Of a stretch of 64,000 bases of DNA, positions 60,863 through 64,000 are shown one piece after another. Source of the DNA: Phycisphaerae bacterium (GTDB lineage: Bacteria; Planctomycetota; Phycisphaerae; SM23-33); assembly GCA_963664745.2 (NCBI GenBank), contig CAXXMC010000003.1:62634-126633 (forward strand). Reading direction: 5' to 3'. A program made the translations under genes and the position numbers. Below the pieces are notes generated by a model that had not been told where the DNA came from, ran no database searches, and worked only from the letters and a program-made list of their open reading frames with translations. Numbering within the stretch: the stretch's first letter is position 1; each line of letters begins with the position of its first letter.

Positions 60863-61073
60863 TAGCGCAATTAACGTTTAATCTGCAACATGCCTTCTGG
60901 TTGCGGCTTCGCCCGGTGGCGTCCGGTTCCATCGACAATGTAATCATATTTTCTGCTTCACTGTCCTGGCTGGGCTTGTCCTCACCAACGAATCCACGTT
61001 GCATCTTAATCGTTAGCGGCTCTAAACAAACCGAACGGGGTGAGACCCCAGCCAATGAAATGTCTGCAGCTGG

Positions 61074-61805
61074 TTACTCTTTTCTTGCCAAGCCATACTT
61101 GAAGATGCAACGAATGGCTTGCAGACCGTCGCGCCAGCCAATTTTTTTGCCCTCTTCATGCTTGCGAGGATCGTAAGAGATCGGAAGTTCCAGAATTTTC
61201 ACGCCGCGCTTGGCCAGCTTGGCTGTGACTTCCGGCTCGAAGCCGAAACGGTTCTGCTGAAGGGGGATGGCTTGGATGATTTCCCGGCGGAAGACTTTGT
61301 AGCAGGTTTCCATGTCGGTCAGGCCATGGCCTGTCGTGAGATTGCTCAAACCCGTCAGGAAACGGTTGGCGAGATAATTTTTCAGGTATCCCTTCCTGCT
61401 GCGCTGGGCGAGGAATCTGCTGCCGTAGACGACGTCTGCTTTGCCTGCTGCTATCGGGGCCAGCAGGGCGGGGTAGTCTTTGGGGTCATATTCCAGGTCG
61501 GCGTCCTGAATTATAACTACGTCGCCGGTCGCAGCTGCGAAGCCAGTCCGCAGACCAGCGCCTTTGCCCTGGTTCTGCTCGTGGAAGATTACCTGGAAAT
61601 CAGTCCCAGCTGGTGTATTGTCTGGCGGATTATCTTTGAATTGCCGCAATTGATCCCGCGTGCCGTCGGTAGAGCCGTCATCGACGAGAATGATCTCCCG
61701 AGTCCAGCTGGGCAGGTCTACCTCCAGAACTCTTGCAAGCAGGTCTTTCCATGTGTTCAACTCGTTATAAACCGGTATGACAATTGATAGTTTCATATTA
61801 GTCAT
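61074..61805 (-). CDS. GT2 family glycosyltransferase (DPM-synthase-like)
   Basis: [30 protein letters not shown]. Confidence 0.92.
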   Translation of the reverse strand: MTNMKLSIVIPVYNELNTWKDLLARVLEVDLPSWTREIILVDDGSTDGTRDQLRQFKDNPPDNTPAGTDFQVIFHEQNQGKGAGLRTGFAAATGDVVIIQDADLEYDPKDYPALLAPIAAGKADVVYGSRFLAQRSRKGYLKNYLANRFLTGLSNLTTGHGLTDMETCYKVFRREIIQAIPLQQNRFGFEPEVTAKLAKRGVKILELPISYDPRKHEEGKKIGWRDGLQAIRCIFKYGLARKE

Positions 61806-61858
61806 TAGTTTTTAGGCACTAGGCATTAGTTATTGGTTTTCAATATTTCGACACGTCT

Positions 61859-62836
61859 TTACACAGCTGGGGTGTTGTTAGTCGGTGGTCTGTATCTGGA
61901 CATATCCAGTTTTTTGAAGTACTCGATAGTCTTGGCCAGGCCTTCTCTTACGGGGACTTTCGGTTCCCAGTCCAGCTTTTCTTTTGCTAATGTAATATCA
62001 GGTCGACGTTGTGTCGGGTCGTCAGCCGGCAGGGGTTTGTAGACCAGCTTGGACTTTGAGCCGGTCAGTTCGATGATGATCTGGGCCAGTTGCTTGATCG
62101 AATATTCTTCGGGGTTGCCCAGGTTGACAGGGCCATGGAAATTTTCGGTATTGTTCATCATTCCGACCATTCCGCGGATAAGGTCTTCGACATAGCAGAA
62201 AGACCGCGTCTGCGAACCGTCGCCATATATGGTAATATCCTGATTATTCAAGGCCTGGAGAATGAAATTACTTACGACCCTGCCGTCGTATGGATGCTGC
62301 CCCGGCCCATAGGTGTTAAATATCCTGACGACGCGGATATTTACGCGATGCATACGATGGTAGTCGAAGAAGAGAGTTTCGGCACATCGTTTGCCTTCGT
62401 CGTAGCAGGCGCGAGGCCCGATGGTATTGACTTGGCCTCGATAGCTCTCAGGCTGGGGTGATATATCAGGGTCGCCATAGACTTCGCTGGTGGAGGCTTG
62501 GAGGATTTTTGCCTTTGTCCGATTGGCCATGCCTAGCATGTTCATTGCGCCTGCGATGGAAGTCTGCAGTGTTTGGATGGGGTTGAATTGGTAGTGTATT
62601 GGCGAGGCAGGGCAGGCGAGGTTGTATATTTCGTCTACTTCCAGCATAACCGGTTGCGTTATGTCATGTCGGATCAGTTCGAAGTTGTGATAGTCCAGCA
62701 GATGATCAATGTCGCGCTTTTGGCTGGTGAAGAAGTTGTCCATGCAAATAACGTCATGGTCTTCGTCGAGGAGTTTTTTGCACAGATGTGCCCCCAGTAG
62801 CCCAGCTCCGCCGGTCACAAGTATTCGTTTCAACAT
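61859..62836 (-). CDS. UDP-glucuronic acid decarboxylase (UDP-xylose synthase)
   Basis: [47 protein letters not shown]. Confidence 0.93.
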   Translation of the reverse strand: MLKRILVTGGAGLLGAHLCKKLLDEDHDVICMDNFFTSQKRDIDHLLDYHNFELIRHDITQPVMLEVDEIYNLACPASPIHYQFNPIQTLQTSIAGAMNMLGMANRTKAKILQASTSEVYGDPDISPQPESYRGQVNTIGPRACYDEGKRCAETLFFDYHRMHRVNIRVVRIFNTYGPGQHPYDGRVVSNFILQALNNQDITIYGDGSQTRSFCYVEDLIRGMVGMMNNTENFHGPVNLGNPEEYSIKQLAQIIIELTGSKSKLVYKPLPADDPTQRRPDITLAKEKLDWEPKVPVREGLAKTIEYFKKLDMSRYRPPTNNTPAV

Positions 62837-63020
62837 TTTTTGGCCTCTGACAAAAGGATTCCAGGAAACAGAAAAGGAATAGTCTGCATTTCTGCCAAAC
62901 TTTTGCAACTTTTTTATTATTGGCTTTGGCGACAGATATTGCTCCATGGGCAATTTTCCCGGGAATTTTATCGAAAAAGCTTTCTGTTTGCCAGATTTCT
63001 CTTTTGAATTATCTAGGCGC

Positions 63021-63052
63021 AAAAAAAAGGGCCAGTCCTTTCCAACTGGCCC
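63021..63052 (-). terminator. Intrinsic terminator
   Basis: GGGCCAGT-TGGAAAGG-ACTGGCCC followed by T8 on the minus strand. Confidence 0.8.
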
Positions 63053-63288
63053 ATAGTCACAGTTTGGCAGCCTGCACACACAGTCTGCCCAAGATTGTTC
63101 AATCGTTCGCGTTAAGGCACACAAGGCCGGGAGGGCTGTGCGCAAAGTTCAAGGGCCCTTTTTGGGATGCTGGCTGAGCGATTTGATTCAAAAAGTTCAT
63201 GATAAAAACCTTTACAAAAAACTTACATTTTCGGACAAAACTAGGCTGTGCGAACCGCATCTGGTCCTGTCAGCCTGAATTCGGAAAA

Positions 63289-63471
63289 TCAATTGGTGTC
63301 GATCTGGGGTTCTTCCGCGCAAACGCTGGTAATGGTGTGCCCGGAAGGACAGCTGCCTTTGCTATGTTCCAGATCGAACTTGATCATGGCTTCCGACGGA
63401 CTGTGGGCTTCGACTGATTCAGTCTCTTGCCTGTCCATCCCAGCGAGTATGTATCTAACTCTGAAAACCAT
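63289..63471 (-). CDS. Small hypothetical protein
   Basis: GAGG RBS before MVFRVRYILAG...EAHSPSEAMIKF. Confidence 0.55.
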   Translation of the reverse strand: MVFRVRYILAGMDRQETESVEAHSPSEAMIKFDLEHSKGSCPSGHTITSVCAEEPQIDTN

Positions 63472-63555
63472 AGTTGCCTCACATACAGCCCATTGTGTCC
63501 AGCCGGCTGAAAACTCCCGGAGTTCTTCATTCCGCATGGACAAGACCAGTGCGAT

Positions 63556-63717
63556 TAGAGCATATCAAACTTGTATAGTTCCGTTTTGGCTGGCTTGCTT
63601 TGCCCTTGGCTGCGTCAGAAACATTGCGGAATAGAACGAACTATGCCTTATGTTTCTTTCTTGTCACGAACAAACCCGCTACGCAAAAATTGGAACTCTC
63701 AACTTTTCAATGCTCTA
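63556..63717. mobile_element. Fold-back MITE-like element, subfamily A, copy 3
   Basis: 162 bp; same orientation as the 8836 copy; TAGAGCAT/ATGCTCTA ends. Confidence 0.85.
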
Positions 63718-64000
63718 GCTGCGTACTTCAGAAGGAACCTACGATTTGAAAACGGCAAAAAGCAAATTCAGTTTTTAATTATCTGAAAAACCTGAATCCC
63801 CGTACGCCTGAACAGCTGGTTTTATCGAAAAACAGTATATTTCTTCTGATCCATGAAGCTATAAAATCAGGCTTTATTGAGCGAAAACCGGCGTTTTTTA
63901 GGTGCTAATTGCTAGATGGACACAAAATGCCATTTTCTGGTCTTTGACAAAGAAGATTTTATTTTTTTTGCCTTTAAAAAATGCAAAGTGTTGACGAGAC

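Overview
Mostly housekeeping chromosomal window, probably from a planctomycete (Phycisphaerae-like). That assignment is inferred from a PEP-CTERM remnant, FlgI-HEAT, a TsaC-YwlE fusion next to rpiB, and DUF4416. Core genes: serS, hisS, an EF-G paralog, rpmB, def, rnc, thrC, dapB, dapF, cysE, guaA, ackA, tatA/tatC, xerC, smc. Accessory loci: an ArsR-regulated arsP/Trx/arsF/arsG-like operon, an HPS-RraA fusion plus PHI, a PIG-L/GT4/GH100-like operon, and an AraC-linked sugar catabolic operon. The most striking signal is intergenic. Six 161-167 bp TA-bounded fold-back elements have four unrelated terminal-repeat sequences but share one centred core, RCAAGGAAG-N9-GCATA-N8-TATTC-N11-TGACGCAG, whose stems covary between copies. 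They occur alongside a second 165-bp MITE, GTCA- and GTAG-type REP-like hairpins and 7/9-mer repeat tracts. No transposase, rRNA, tRNA or CRISPR array was seen. All calls come from reading motifs by eye; no database search was run.
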